Shown here: positions 37,555 to 47,202 of the stretch, one piece after another
Numbering within the stretch: the stretch's first letter is position 1
Layout of the letters: each line of letters starts with the position of its first letter
Assembly (NCBI GenBank): GCA_043806635.1
Contig: JAZDGT010000015.1
Span: 964 to 64,963 of the forward strand
DNA length: 64,000 bases
Origin: Methanobacteriota archaeon
Lineage (GTDB): Archaea; Thermoplasmatota; E2; DHVEG-1
Direction: 5' to 3'
The notes under the pieces: model-generated
The model's database searches: none
What the model was told of the DNA's origin: nothing
Seen by the model: only the letters and a program-made list of their open reading frames with translations
Position numbers and translations under genes: made by a program

Positions 37555-39420
37555 ATGAGACTACTCCTCATTCACAGCGATTATATCGAATACGAAGTTA
37601 AAGACAAAGCAATTCCTCATCCGGAAGAAACCGAGACGAAAAAAGATCGTCTAGATGAGGCACTTACGGTGTTTATCGCCGTTGAAAAAGTTGATGAGCA
37701 ATCACCAGCACAAGCAGTAAAAGAGGCTGCAGTAGAAATCGTGAAAACCGCTGAACAATTGAAAGTCACAAACATCATGCTGTACCCGTACGCTCATCTA
37801 TCATCGAATCTTTCTAGTGCGAAAGCAGGGAAGGACATCCTTGTTGAACTAGAAAAAGAAGTGAAAAAAGATACGCAGTTCCAGGTGAAACGTTCACCAT
37901 TTGGTTGGTATAAAGCATTCAAATTATCATGCAAAGGTCATCCGCTCTCAGAGCTCTCACGAGAAATTATTCCGGGTAAAGAGAAAAAAGCGGTAGAGAA
38001 AGAAAAAGAGATCGTCTCTGAATGGCACATCCTTACTCCTGAGGGAAAACTGTTTGACGCGGAGAAATTTGATTTTACGGGTCATGATGAACTGCGACTA
38101 TTATACGAGTATGAGAGTAAAGGAACTCGGAAAGCGGTTGGTGAACCGCCTCATGTGAAAATGATGCAGTCGATGGAACTGGTGGATTATGAGCCGGCGA
38201 GTGACTCCGGGAATTTCCGTTGGTACCCGAAAGGGAAAATGGTGAAGGGGTTGCTTGAGCAGCATATCAACAACATGGTGCAGGATATCGGGGGGATGCA
38301 GGTGGAGACCCCGATCATGTACGACCTTGAGCATCCGACGTTGAGTGCGTATATGAAGAAGTTCCCCGCGCGACAGTATACGGTGAGATCTGATGAGAAA
38401 GATTTTTTCCTTCGGTTCGCCGCATGTTTCGGGCAGTATATGATCATGAAGGATATGACGTTGTCTTATCGGAACCTCCCGTTACGGATGTACGAGTTGA
38501 CGCATTATAGTTTTCGCAGGGAGCAGCATGGTGAAATCAGCGGGTTGAAACGGTTACGATGTTTCACGATGCCTGATCTGCATACGTTATGTGCGGATAT
38601 TGTGCAGGCGACTGAGGAGTTCAAATATCAGTTTACGACCGCGATGCGATGGATGAAGGCGTTGCAGCTTGACTCTGAGGTTGCTCTCCGGTTCGTTCGG
38701 GATTTCTACGAGAAGAATAAGGGGCTTGCGCAGGATCTCGCGAAGATCGCGGGGAAACCAGTACTCATTGAATTGTGGAATGAACGGTATTTCTATTTTG
38801 TGATGAAATTCGAGTTTAACATTATTGATTCCATGCAGAAAGCAAGCGCGCTCTCCACGGTGCAGATTGATGTGGAGAACGCGGAACGGTTCAGCATCAC
38901 GTATGCGGATGAGAAAGGGGAGAAGAAATACCCGTATATCCTCCATACGAGTATTAGTGGGAGCATCGACCGTTGTGTGTATGCGTTGTTGGAGCGGGAA
39001 GCGATAAAGATGCAGAAAGGGAAGAAACCTATGCTTCCGTTGTGGCTCTCACCAACGCAGGTTCGGTTTATCCCGGTGAATGACGATTTCGTCAAGGATT
39101 GCGAACAGTATGTCGATGAGGTAACGAAGGTATCACCATTGTATCATATCCGTGCTGATATCGACGATCGCGAAGAAAGTGTCAGTAGGAAGATCCGTGA
39201 TGCCGAGAAAGAGTGGATACCGTTTATTATTGTCGTTGGTGAAAAAGAACGGACAGAGAAAAAGGTGACACCGAGAATACGAGCCGCGGAGCTCGGCTCA
39301 GAGAAATTGTATACGAGTAAAGAGTTATTTGATCTGATTAGTCATCAGATTAAGGAATTCCCACAGCAGAAATTACCACTTGCGCTGTATCTGTCAAAAC
39401 GACCACGGTTTAAAGGATAA
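37555..39420 (+). CDS. thrS: Threonyl-tRNA synthetase, archaeal type with N-terminal DTD-like editing domain
   Basis: MRLLLIHSDYIEYEVKDKAI (archaeal editing domain start). Class II core motifs (FRREQHGEISGLKRLRCFTMPD, GSIDRCVYALLE). Confidence 0.9.
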   Translation: MRLLLIHSDYIEYEVKDKAIPHPEETETKKDRLDEALTVFIAVEKVDEQSPAQAVKEAAVEIVKTAEQLKVTNIMLYPYAHLSSNLSSAKAGKDILVELEKEVKKDTQFQVKRSPFGWYKAFKLSCKGHPLSELSREIIPGKEKKAVEKEKEIVSEWHILTPEGKLFDAEKFDFTGHDELRLLYEYESKGTRKAVGEPPHVKMMQSMELVDYEPASDSGNFRWYPKGKMVKGLLEQHINNMVQDIGGMQVETPIMYDLEHPTLSAYMKKFPARQYTVRSDEKDFFLRFAACFGQYMIMKDMTLSYRNLPLRMYELTHYSFRREQHGEISGLKRLRCFTMPDLHTLCADIVQATEEFKYQFTTAMRWMKALQLDSEVALRFVRDFYEKNKGLAQDLAKIAGKPVLIELWNERYFYFVMKFEFNIIDSMQKASALSTVQIDVENAERFSITYADEKGEKKYPYILHTSISGSIDRCVYALLEREAIKMQKGKKPMLPLWLSPTQVRFIPVNDDFVKDCEQYVDEVTKVSPLYHIRADIDDREESVSRKIRDAEKEWIPFIIVVGEKERTEKKVTPRIRAAELGSEKLYTSKELFDLISHQIKEFPQQKLPLALYLSKRPRFKG

Positions 39421-39509
39421 TACTAAGTGTTCGGTGGTAAAACAAAACTACTAAATAATGCCTGGTTCTTTACGCAAACGAATACGACATATACGGGGAG
39501 TTATTAGGT

Positions 39510-40640
39510 ATGATAAAACGAGTAGAAATCCAGAACCTCATCAATTCCTATGATACGGAGAATATCACGATTGGCGTACTCGGTGGTCATTCTGCGTTAG
39601 ATGTCTGTCGTGGCGCGAAAAAACACGGGTTCCGAACGCTCGCTGTTTGTCAAAAAGGTCGAGAGAAAACCTATACGAAATATTATAAGACTCGAAATGA
39701 CGGCCGAGGATGCATTGATTCTACCATTATTCTTGAGAAATTCTCAGATATTACTCAACCGCAGATACAAGATGATCTACGGAAGAGGAACACGATTTTT
39801 ATTCACAACCGTTATTTCTGGGTGTACTTCAATTTTGCTGATATCGAAAACCTGTTCAAAATCCCTATTTTTGGGTCGCGATCTATGCTGAAACTTGAGG
39901 AACGGAACATCCCGAAAAACCAGTATTACCTCCTTGAGAAAGCAGGAATCCGGTACCCACGTTTATACACCTCACCACAGGATATCGACCGGTTGGTCAT
40001 CGTGAAAGTCAACGAAGCACTCCGCGGGTACGAACGCGCGTTCTTCTACGCCTCAAACTACCAGGATTACAAGAAAAAATCCGATGAACTTATCACGAAA
40101 AAAATAATTACGAAAGAATCACTCCAGCAAGCAGTCATCGAAGAATACGCGATTGGTGCACCCATCAATTTCAACTATTTCTACAGCATCCTTGATGATG
40201 AACTCGAAATCATGGGCACGGATACAAGACGACAAACCAACCTCGACGGCCTCCTCAGACTCCCCGCAAACGAACAACTCGAAGTCCTCAAACATCTCAC
40301 CCCAAAAATCATCGAGACCGGACATATCGCCGCAACCACGAAAGAATCCATCATCGAAAAAATCTTCGACCTCGGAGAAAAATTCGTCGCCACCACAAAA
40401 AAAGAATACCCACCTGGCATCATCGGACCATTCGCACTCCAAGGAGCAATGGTTGCAGACAAAGGAAAAGAAGAAATGGTCGTCTTCGACGTCTCTCTGA
40501 GAATCCCAGGGAGCCCCCTCACCCAGTTCACCCCCCACTCGGGATATCTGTACGGGGAATCCATCAGCTACGGTGAACGGATCGCCTTAGAAATCAACAA
40601 AGCTATTGAAACCGACCGCTTGAAAGACATCGTCACCTAA
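39510..40640 (+). CDS. purP: FAICAR synthetase PurP (formate-dependent, ATP-grasp)
   Basis: ITIGVLGGHSALDVCRGAKKHGFRT... and the C-terminal GPFALQGAM...VFDVSLRIPGSP are typical of PurP. Confidence 0.85.
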   Translation: MIKRVEIQNLINSYDTENITIGVLGGHSALDVCRGAKKHGFRTLAVCQKGREKTYTKYYKTRNDGRGCIDSTIILEKFSDITQPQIQDDLRKRNTIFIHNRYFWVYFNFADIENLFKIPIFGSRSMLKLEERNIPKNQYYLLEKAGIRYPRLYTSPQDIDRLVIVKVNEALRGYERAFFYASNYQDYKKKSDELITKKIITKESLQQAVIEEYAIGAPINFNYFYSILDDELEIMGTDTRRQTNLDGLLRLPANEQLEVLKHLTPKIIETGHIAATTKESIIEKIFDLGEKFVATTKKEYPPGIIGPFALQGAMVADKGKEEMVVFDVSLRIPGSPLTQFTPHSGYLYGESISYGERIALEINKAIETDRLKDIVT

Positions 40641-41206
40641 ACACTACACGTGATCACTCGTTGTTCCGTCACGATTTTTTCGACACGAACATCATGTTTC
40701 TTTGCTGGAACCTTTTCAACAAGTTGAAACTCGAACGCTAACCCGATTTTTTTACTCCCAACCATCTTCTGTAATAACCGGTCATAGTACGCTTTTCCAT
40801 GTCCGATACGCTGACCATGAGCATCAAACACGACACCAGGCACAAGAACAAGATCAATAACCTCATAGGATATCGGTTGTCGACAAACCGGTTTCGGCTC
40901 CAAAATATGATACGCACCCACATCAAGGTCTTCCCAACAACGCAACTCAGAAAGAACCAGTATCCTTTTCTCTATATCAGTACAAGGAACCACAACCTGC
41001 TTCCCCAAAGAAAAACATGCTTTAATCAGGTCATGAGTCGCAACTTCGTTATCATAGGACACATAAAAAAGAACCGTTTTTGCATGAACAAACTCATCAA
41101 GAGCAAACAACCGGTTCTGAATCTGAATACTTTTTTGTTGAACCTCCACTGAGGTAAGCGCTTTCCTTCTCTGTAAGAATTCTTGACGAAGTTTCTGTTT
41201 CTTCAC
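40637..41206 (-). CDS. 5-formyltetrahydrofolate cyclo-ligase
   Basis: Contains KQKLRQEFLQRRKAL... and LVLVPGVVFDAHGQRIGHGKAYYDRLL. Confidence 0.85.
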   Translation of the reverse strand: MKKQKLRQEFLQRRKALTSVEVQQKSIQIQNRLFALDEFVHAKTVLFYVSYDNEVATHDLIKACFSLGKQVVVPCTDIEKRILVLSELRCWEDLDVGAYHILEPKPVCRQPISYEVIDLVLVPGVVFDAHGQRIGHGKAYYDRLLQKMVGSKKIGLAFEFQLVEKVPAKKHDVRVEKIVTEQRVITCSV

Positions 41207-41248
41207 CTATGGAGTAAACAAGAAGAAACCTATAAAACAATCGACGAC

Positions 41249-42214
41249 TTACTCCTCAGAATTACGAATCCGCTCAATAATCAACTCAAAAATCTGCTCA
41301 GGCTCACTGAACTTCTTCAACTCTTTTTTCTTAATCAACGCAGTCCCCTCGACACTGGTTTTCTCTGTCTCTTTATCGATAAACACTGCGGCGTATTTCT
41401 CCGTTATTTTTGAGATACTACTGATAATTTGGGCTTTTTGTACGAGTTTCTTATCGTACTTATGCACACACGTTAATAAAATACGATCTTTTTCTTTGCT
41501 GACTGCTTCGAACGGACATCGATCCAAGGGAATAACTTTGTATCCTAACTGCTCGATCAACGAAAAAATCTCTCGTTGAAAATTCTGTAGACGATCCCTC
41601 TCGGCATTGTAGCTAAATCGATCTTCAGGTTTTCGTGGTTTAGAAGAAAAGATATCTATCGGTATCGCCACTGTATCATCAAGGAGCGCCTCAATTCGTG
41701 AGGCGATGTCAATCCGTGCGTTCATTCCTTTCTCATAGAGTTGAGCGGTTTTACGGGAGACGTGGACATATCGGGCGAATTCCCCCAGAGATATCCCGCG
41801 GTCTTGACGAAGAATCTGAACCTTACGTTCATCAAGATTCACGTATAATCCCCCTGGTGCTGCATAGGCGATGATAGGTATTCCATCTAGGAGATGATCT
41901 CGGAGGGTCGAATACGTGATTGCGCGTACTCCGAAACGATCATAGACAACGCCGTTATCCAGATCCGCGAACCCTGTTTTTTCCCCGATTAATAGCGGAG
42001 ACGCTTTTAACAGCGAGGCAAGGGTTTGGAGTTCTTTGGCGATATTCTCAGAAAAAGAGTCGATGTTGGTGAGGACTTTAATGATCAAGAGCGTGTTGTC
42101 TCGTCGTGCGACTAAATCAAAACCAGGGAGACGAATCGAGCATAAATCAGAGACGTAGAATCCAGCATTCGCTAAAAGCTCTCGGATGTTTTTTAATAAC
42201 TCATTTCGTTCCAT
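41249..42214 (-). CDS. Conserved archaeal HTH (XRE-type) transcriptional regulator (COG1395-like)
   Basis: 321 aa. The central HTH is RGISLGEFARYVHVSRKTAQLYEKGMN. The N-terminal GFDLVARRDNTLLIIKV pattern is typical of this family. Confidence 0.6.
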   Translation of the reverse strand: MERNELLKNIRELLANAGFYVSDLCSIRLPGFDLVARRDNTLLIIKVLTNIDSFSENIAKELQTLASLLKASPLLIGEKTGFADLDNGVVYDRFGVRAITYSTLRDHLLDGIPIIAYAAPGGLYVNLDERKVQILRQDRGISLGEFARYVHVSRKTAQLYEKGMNARIDIASRIEALLDDTVAIPIDIFSSKPRKPEDRFSYNAERDRLQNFQREIFSLIEQLGYKVIPLDRCPFEAVSKEKDRILLTCVHKYDKKLVQKAQIISSISKITEKYAAVFIDKETEKTSVEGTALIKKKELKKFSEPEQIFELIIERIRNSEE

Positions 42215-42251
42215 ATCAGTAGATGAAACATTAAGTACTCCATCTATAATA

Positions 42252-43586
42252 ATGTTATTGTGGGTGAATCATATCTGGATAGGTGTTGATGATACCGATT
42301 CTGTGAAGGGTGGATGTACCACCTATGTAGCACGAGCGCTCATCAACCAGGTTATACAGAATGGTTACGATATCATCGGGTATCCACGGCTCGTTCGTTT
42401 AAACCCGAACATCCCCTGGAAGACTCGGGGGAATGGGGCACTCGCGTTCCGTATCGGCAGAGGCAAAGGGAAACCGATGAATATCGGCGAGGTCAACGGC
42501 CTTGATCTTATTGCATATAGACAACCAAAAAATGATGATGAACAGGTAGATGATTCTTCTCTGAAAAAACTCGTAACTAAGACGGTTCAACGCTATGCCC
42601 AACTTGATGATGAGAACACGAACCCAGGATTCGTACTCCTCCCAGAACAACCAGACCGTTCATGGTACACGAAAACGGTGCAGGAGATCGTCCGCATACA
42701 GGATGTCACCGCGTATCTTAACTCCGTTGGTGCAATGTATAAGCAATATAAAAACGGGCGCGGGATTATTGGGGCGACCGCTGCGATCTCTTGGACGTCT
42801 ACACGGGATAGAACCTATGAACTAATTACCTATAGAAAAAAAGCGCGCTGGGGAACGAAACGAAGAGTGAACGATGCCTCCGTAAAAAAAATGGATACCA
42901 TTTGCCCAACCACGTTTGATAACTACGATTATCTGAATCGTCATAATCGTCTGGTACCGAACTCACCATGTCCTATCTTGTATGGTATTAGAGGGGAGAA
43001 CCCGCGGGATCTTGTTTCTGCTCTTTCTTTGGTTATATCTGAATCGAGAGACGGTTGGCTACTCTTTGAGACCAATCAAGGGAGTGATGATCATCTCCAA
43101 AAAAAACATATCAGCGAGGTACATCCCTATCACTCAGTGATTATTACTGGTTCGGTGAAGACGACCCCTCGTACTCTTGTGGGTGGTCACGTCATTTTCC
43201 AATTAAGGGATTCTACGGGAGTAATTGATTGCGCGGCGTATGAACCAACGAAACAGTTTCGATCCATTATCCGGGGACTAACCGTTGGAGACTGCATTAG
43301 CGTTTATGGGGGCATACGAAAAAAACCATTAACAATTAATATCGAGAAGATCAAGGTACATCGGCTTGCACCGTTATTGAAGAAGGTGGAGAACCCGGTA
43401 TGCCCCGTCTGTGGTAAGCATATGAAATCACGTGGTACATGTCAGGGGTATAAATGTCGTCGGTGTGGTACTTTCTCTGAAAAACCTCGCAGTATTCTTC
43501 AACCCCGATTAGTTATGAAAGGGTTTTACGAAGTCCCGGTGTGTGCTCGGCGTCATCTGAGTAAGCCGTTGAAACGTATGAAATAA
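42252..43586 (+). CDS. tiaS: tRNA(Ile2) 2-agmatinylcytidine synthetase TiaS
   Basis: Contains IWIGVDDTDSVKGGCTTY, RLVRLNPNIPWKTRGNGA, an OB domain and a C-terminal Zn ribbon CPVCG...CRRCG. The start is moved to 42252 (or the GTG at 42264) to avoid overlapping the divergent gene. Confidence 0.85.
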   Translation: MLLWVNHIWIGVDDTDSVKGGCTTYVARALINQVIQNGYDIIGYPRLVRLNPNIPWKTRGNGALAFRIGRGKGKPMNIGEVNGLDLIAYRQPKNDDEQVDDSSLKKLVTKTVQRYAQLDDENTNPGFVLLPEQPDRSWYTKTVQEIVRIQDVTAYLNSVGAMYKQYKNGRGIIGATAAISWTSTRDRTYELITYRKKARWGTKRRVNDASVKKMDTICPTTFDNYDYLNRHNRLVPNSPCPILYGIRGENPRDLVSALSLVISESRDGWLLFETNQGSDDHLQKKHISEVHPYHSVIITGSVKTTPRTLVGGHVIFQLRDSTGVIDCAAYEPTKQFRSIIRGLTVGDCISVYGGIRKKPLTINIEKIKVHRLAPLLKKVENPVCPVCGKHMKSRGTCQGYKCRRCGTFSEKPRSILQPRLVMKGFYEVPVCARRHLSKPLKRMK

Positions 43587-43600
43587 AAAAAAATGTTTGG

Positions 43601-44767
43601 TTAGGTGAATCTGATGTATTCGCTGATCTGAGTTTGATTTATTTTTTCTGTTATTGAGTTACTAGTGATTGTTCCAAGGCATTGGACGTGGTATCGCCAA
43701 TAGCTGAGGAATCCGACTTTGACATGATGGGTGGTGAATGCGGTCATTGTGAGGTTGAGTGAGAGATTGGTGGCTTCTGCTTGAAGGATGAATGCGTGAG
43801 GTATTCGTACACCGTCTTCTAAGTACCAGTTTATGGCTTGGAAGTGGATATTCTCTGGTGGAATACTCTGATAGTGTTGTTTCCCTTGGGTGATAACGAG
43901 TAATGGTTGTTGGTCCATTTTTTTTGTGATCAATGAGGACCAGACGATTGTTGTGGTGTTTGTATCCAGTTTCCCCCAGTACCAACCGCGATATTGCATA
44001 CTTGTTTGTAGGGTGAGACCAGCATTATGATCATGGTATCCTCTCCCTTGCACAGGTATTTTTGTGTTATTGAGTTGTAGTATTCCTTGTACTTCTGCGT
44101 TTGGTACTGGTACGATCCATTGCCCTCCAGCGATTGATCCTTTCCATCCTTGTGCATTTGCGAGGAAATGAAGTTGGATGGAGAACTCCTCGATTTCCAG
44201 AGAAACGTCATAGACGATGTTCCCGTTTTGGTTGTATGCAGTCATCGCAGGTTTCCCGTTGAGCAGGATAAATGGTTTTTCTGTTGATACGGAGAATTCA
44301 TGTGCTCCGTAGATTTTTTCTTTGCTGAGAATAAGATTGCCTTGGTTATAGAGGTTGGTTTTTACGAGTGCGACTTGTTGGTTCATGAGATTAATAATTT
44401 GGATAATCATTTGGATACTGTACCCGTGATCAAGGAGAGCATCGAAATACCACCATTCTGTAAAATGGAGCGTGCCAGCCCCGTGGAAGGCGTCATCGTT
44501 TAACGTGACTTCGACTGGGGTGAATGTGGTGGTATCTAACTGAGAGTCTCGCGTGTTTTGATTAACCTTGATATTGATGTTTCGTGAAATCTGAGGAAAA
44601 AATCGTGTGAGAAGGTACGGGAAACGATAGGGATCTTTTGAGCAATCCATATGAGTAGGATTCTTCGAATGAGGAATCAAGGGTGTCGTAGCAACACCTA
44701 CGGTAAATGTGGAAAAAAGAAGATTAAGGAAGAGAATCCATGTGATGACTCTCATAGCCGCCCCCAT
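43601..44767 (-). CDS. Secreted lipocalin-like protein (AttH/CrtC-like hydratase fold), function unknown
   Basis: Has a signal-like N-terminus. The FTEWWYFDALLDHGYS motif is reminiscent of the CrtC/AttH N-terminal domain. Confidence 0.35.
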   Translation of the reverse strand: MGAAMRVITWILFLNLLFSTFTVGVATTPLIPHSKNPTHMDCSKDPYRFPYLLTRFFPQISRNINIKVNQNTRDSQLDTTTFTPVEVTLNDDAFHGAGTLHFTEWWYFDALLDHGYSIQMIIQIINLMNQQVALVKTNLYNQGNLILSKEKIYGAHEFSVSTEKPFILLNGKPAMTAYNQNGNIVYDVSLEIEEFSIQLHFLANAQGWKGSIAGGQWIVPVPNAEVQGILQLNNTKIPVQGRGYHDHNAGLTLQTSMQYRGWYWGKLDTNTTTIVWSSLITKKMDQQPLLVITQGKQHYQSIPPENIHFQAINWYLEDGVRIPHAFILQAEATNLSLNLTMTAFTTHHVKVGFLSYWRYHVQCLGTITSNSITEKINQTQISEYIRFT

Positions 44768-44883
44768 CGTTTAATACCCTTTTTCTTATTTATATTCTTC
44801 TGTTCTGGAAAAAATTTTTAGGGCAAAACGGCATCGTAATGCTTTTTAAGGGGTTTTTGCTACTTGATTTCTAATCTCCTTAT

Positions 44884-44956
44884 GCGGGTGTAGTGTAGTC
44901 TGGTATCACTTAAGCTTGCCAAGCTTATAACTCGGGTTCAAATCCCGGCGCCCGCA
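44884..44956 (+). tRNA. tRNA-Gly (anticodon GCC)
   Basis: Hand-folded cloverleaf. Acceptor stem GCGGGTG/CGCCCGC, anticodon stem TAAGC/GCTTA with loop TTGCCAA, T-arm TCGGG-TTCAAAT-CCCGG, discriminator A. 73 nt, with no encoded CCA and no intron. Confidence 0.9.
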
Positions 44957-44968
44957 CTCTGGTTTTGA

Positions 44969-45238
44969 TTCAGACAGCGACTTACCCTCGATAAAAGCTA
45001 TACAACTAATGATTCCGGATACGTTACGTTTCCAACAGATGATATCACCAAAACATCAGCTTTCAGAATAGTAACAACAAAAGAAGGTTTTAATCCTGCA
45101 GACATTAAAATTATGGTTATAAAATATCATGGTAGAACCCTTGATATTGATATGCCACCACCACCCACGCCTCACTCTGGAGGAACCATTGAGTCGGGTG
45201 GAATAAGCGGTGGCCAGGGACACGGAGTACAAAACTAA
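44969..45238 (+). pseudogene. Orphan 3' fragment of a surface-protein gene (CarboxypepD_reg/PEGA-like beta-sandwich plus P/G-rich tail), no start codon
   Basis: The frame is open from the TGA at 44966-44968 to the TAA at 45236-45238. It encodes ...LTLDKSYTTNDSGYVTFPTDDITKTSAFRIVTTKEGFNPADIKIMVIKYHGRTLDIDMPPPPTPHSGG... and begins 12 nt after the tRNA 3' end. Confidence 0.5.
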
Positions 45239-45312
45239 CAAACACTTTACCGTACCCTCTAATTAGCAACAAAATTTTTTTTTAAAAACAATTTATTATC
45301 CATTTTCATTTA

Positions 45313-45510
45313 CTATTTGGGATAAGCGACACCAATAAACATCGCAAGAATGCTCTCCCCAATAATCAATAAACCACTCCCATAAAGAAATCGGATAACC
45401 TCAGTTTCTCCGAGTGAACGACTCAAGAAGAATAACAGCCCGATAATAAAACAGATACCACCAGCGACAACCCATTCTTTTTTCATTGATCTCGTTTTCC
45501 ACTCCATCAA
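45313..45510 (-). CDS. Small two-helix membrane protein, unknown
   Basis: 65 aa with two hydrophobic segments. There is no further support. Confidence 0.3.
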   Translation of the reverse strand: MMEWKTRSMKKEWVVAGGICFIIGLLFFLSRSLGETEVIRFLYGSGLLIIGESILAMFIGVAYPK

Positions 45511-45650
45511 TCAATAATTTTTTTTAGTTGTGAATCTTAACCCTGCCCCTTAAAGATTTCCCTTGATGAATAATCCTTCTTTGCAGGGTAGTGTTAATAT
45601 AGCCTATGAGGTATTACCCCCGATATACTCAGAAGGAGAACTAAGAACAT

Positions 45651-46019
45651 ATGGCTGAAAATGAGATGTCATCCCAACTCCAAGATCAAATAAACCGGTT
45701 ACAACAAGTTCGATCACAACTGCAGATGATTATGCAACAACGTCAACAAGTAGAACTCCGTTTACGAGAAATAGACGAGGCATTAGAAGAACTCGAAAAA
45801 ACCGATGAGAAAACCCCACTCTATAAAAGCGTCGGAGCATTGTTAATAAAAACGAAAGGGAAAAGCGAGATACAAAAAGAGCTCAAATCTGATAAAGAAT
45901 CCCTTGAGTTACGAAAATCAACCATGGAAAAACAGGAGGGTCGAAGCCGGGAGAAACTCAACGAGCTACAAAGCAAGGTACAAAACGCGCTGAAGATCAC
46001 TAACCAGGATGCAGGATGA
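45651..46019 (+). CDS. pfdB: Prefoldin beta subunit
   Basis: 122 aa. Coiled coil, beta hairpin (LYKSVGALLIK), then coiled coil architecture. Confidence 0.85.
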   Translation: MAENEMSSQLQDQINRLQQVRSQLQMIMQQRQQVELRLREIDEALEELEKTDEKTPLYKSVGALLIKTKGKSEIQKELKSDKESLELRKSTMEKQEGRSREKLNELQSKVQNALKITNQDAG

Positions 46020-46294
46020 TCAAAAAACACAGAATATTATTAGGTGGACAATCAAAAACCGGTACTTTTAGTATACTCTTTTTTATCATCGGCGGTTTTC
46101 TCTTATTCGTCTACATCGGCCTCATGCTATTATCATCCTACCCAAAGGAAGCGAGTACTATCCTTGCGTTTGCTATCCTGTTCATTGGCGTGGGTGGTAT
46201 TCTCTACTTTTTCCATCTCCAATTCACCAAGCTTGAACAGATAGCAAAGGATATTGAATGCGGGACAGGGGATGACGAGGAACCCGTAGAATAA
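46016..46294 (+). CDS. Small two-helix membrane protein co-transcribed with prefoldin beta
   Basis: Has an ATGA overlap with pfdB. Two hydrophobic helices and an acidic C-terminus. Confidence 0.4.
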   Translation: MIKKHRILLGGQSKTGTFSILFFIIGGFLLFVYIGLMLLSSYPKEASTILAFAILFIGVGGILYFFHLQFTKLEQIAKDIECGTGDDEEPVE

Positions 46295-46314
46295 AAAAGT
46301 TTTTTAAAAAATTT

Positions 46315-47202
46315 TTAAGTACCAAATCGTCTTTGCCGGTTCTGGTACGTTCGTATCGCTCGTAAGAAATCTCGCTGTTGAAACGCAGGCCAATACACAT
46401 CAGAGAAATACAACTCAGAATACGCAAGCTGCCACAGCAGAAAATTCGATATCCGCTCCTCCCCTGAGGTTCGAAGGATGAGATCAGGATCCGGTAACCC
46501 CTTCGTGTAGAGATACGAAGAAACCGTTTTTTCAGAGATATCCGCAATATTCAGATGTTTATTTTCGACATCAGCAGCAATCCGTTGTATCGCATGAACG
46601 ATTTCCTCTCGACCACCATATGCGATCGCGATATTCAACGCATACTTCTTGTACTGTTTCGTCACGTCCATGACCTCATCTACGGATAACCGGATATCCT
46701 CAGGTAACATCTCAAGATGACCTAGTACCCTGATACGGACCTGGTTTTTATGGATCCGAGAATCTGTTTTTGCTTTGCGTAATTCATCCCTGAACAAATC
46801 CATGAGGGTGCTAACCTCCTCAGTCCTTCTATTAAAGTTTTCAACAGAGAACGCATACACGGTTAACACGGGGATTCCAAGGTCAAAACACCATTCAAGG
46901 ACTTCCTCGATTTTATCCCTTCCGAGATAGTGACCGATCTCTGGGGCGAGATCAAAGGTTTGAGCGAAACGACGATTCCCATCCATGATAATGGCGACAT
47001 GTTTCGGGATAGGAAGTTTTTTAACTTCTTCTCGGAGGTTATAATCTCTGAATTCATTAATTTTCTTCGAAAAAAACGTGTAAATATTGGATCGATACAA
47101 CCCGGTAGCGATTCTTTGAAATGTGGTGCTAGTGAATGCGTATTTCTCAAGCTCATCGAGTTTTTTCCCTGCGAAGACTTTTAATGACGGTTTTTTTCTC
47201 AT
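46315..47202 (-). CDS. uppS: cis-prenyltransferase (undecaprenyl diphosphate synthase family)
   Basis: Contains HVAIIMDGNRRFA and RTSGEERISNFLLWQLAYSELYF. Confidence 0.9.
   Translation of the reverse strand: MRKKPSLKVFAGKKLDELEKYAFTSTTFQRIATGLYRSNIYTFFSKKINEFRDYNLREEVKKLPIPKHVAIIMDGNRRFAQTFDLAPEIGHYLGRDKIEEVLEWCFDLGIPVLTVYAFSVENFNRRTEEVSTLMDLFRDELRKAKTDSRIHKNQVRIRVLGHLEMLPEDIRLSVDEVMDVTKQYKKYALNIAIAYGGREEIVHAIQRIAADVENKHLNIADISEKTVSSYLYTKGLPDPDLILRTSGEERISNFLLWQLAYSELYFSDVYWPAFQQRDFLRAIRTYQNRQRRFGT

Noticed and set aside
37397-37558. 53-codon ORF ending in an ATGA overlap with the thrS start (possible uORF)
   Set aside because: Its composition (N/F/Y/L-rich, derived from AT-rich DNA) and the lack of any motif or SD make it likely fortuitous. 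It cannot be excluded without ribosome profiling.
40119-40564. Two 127-139 aa minus-strand ORFs and a 115-aa plus-strand ORF inside purP
   Set aside because: They overlap a well-supported PurP reading frame. Their sequences are compositionally biased (E/D/F/G- or S/K-rich) and lack motifs.
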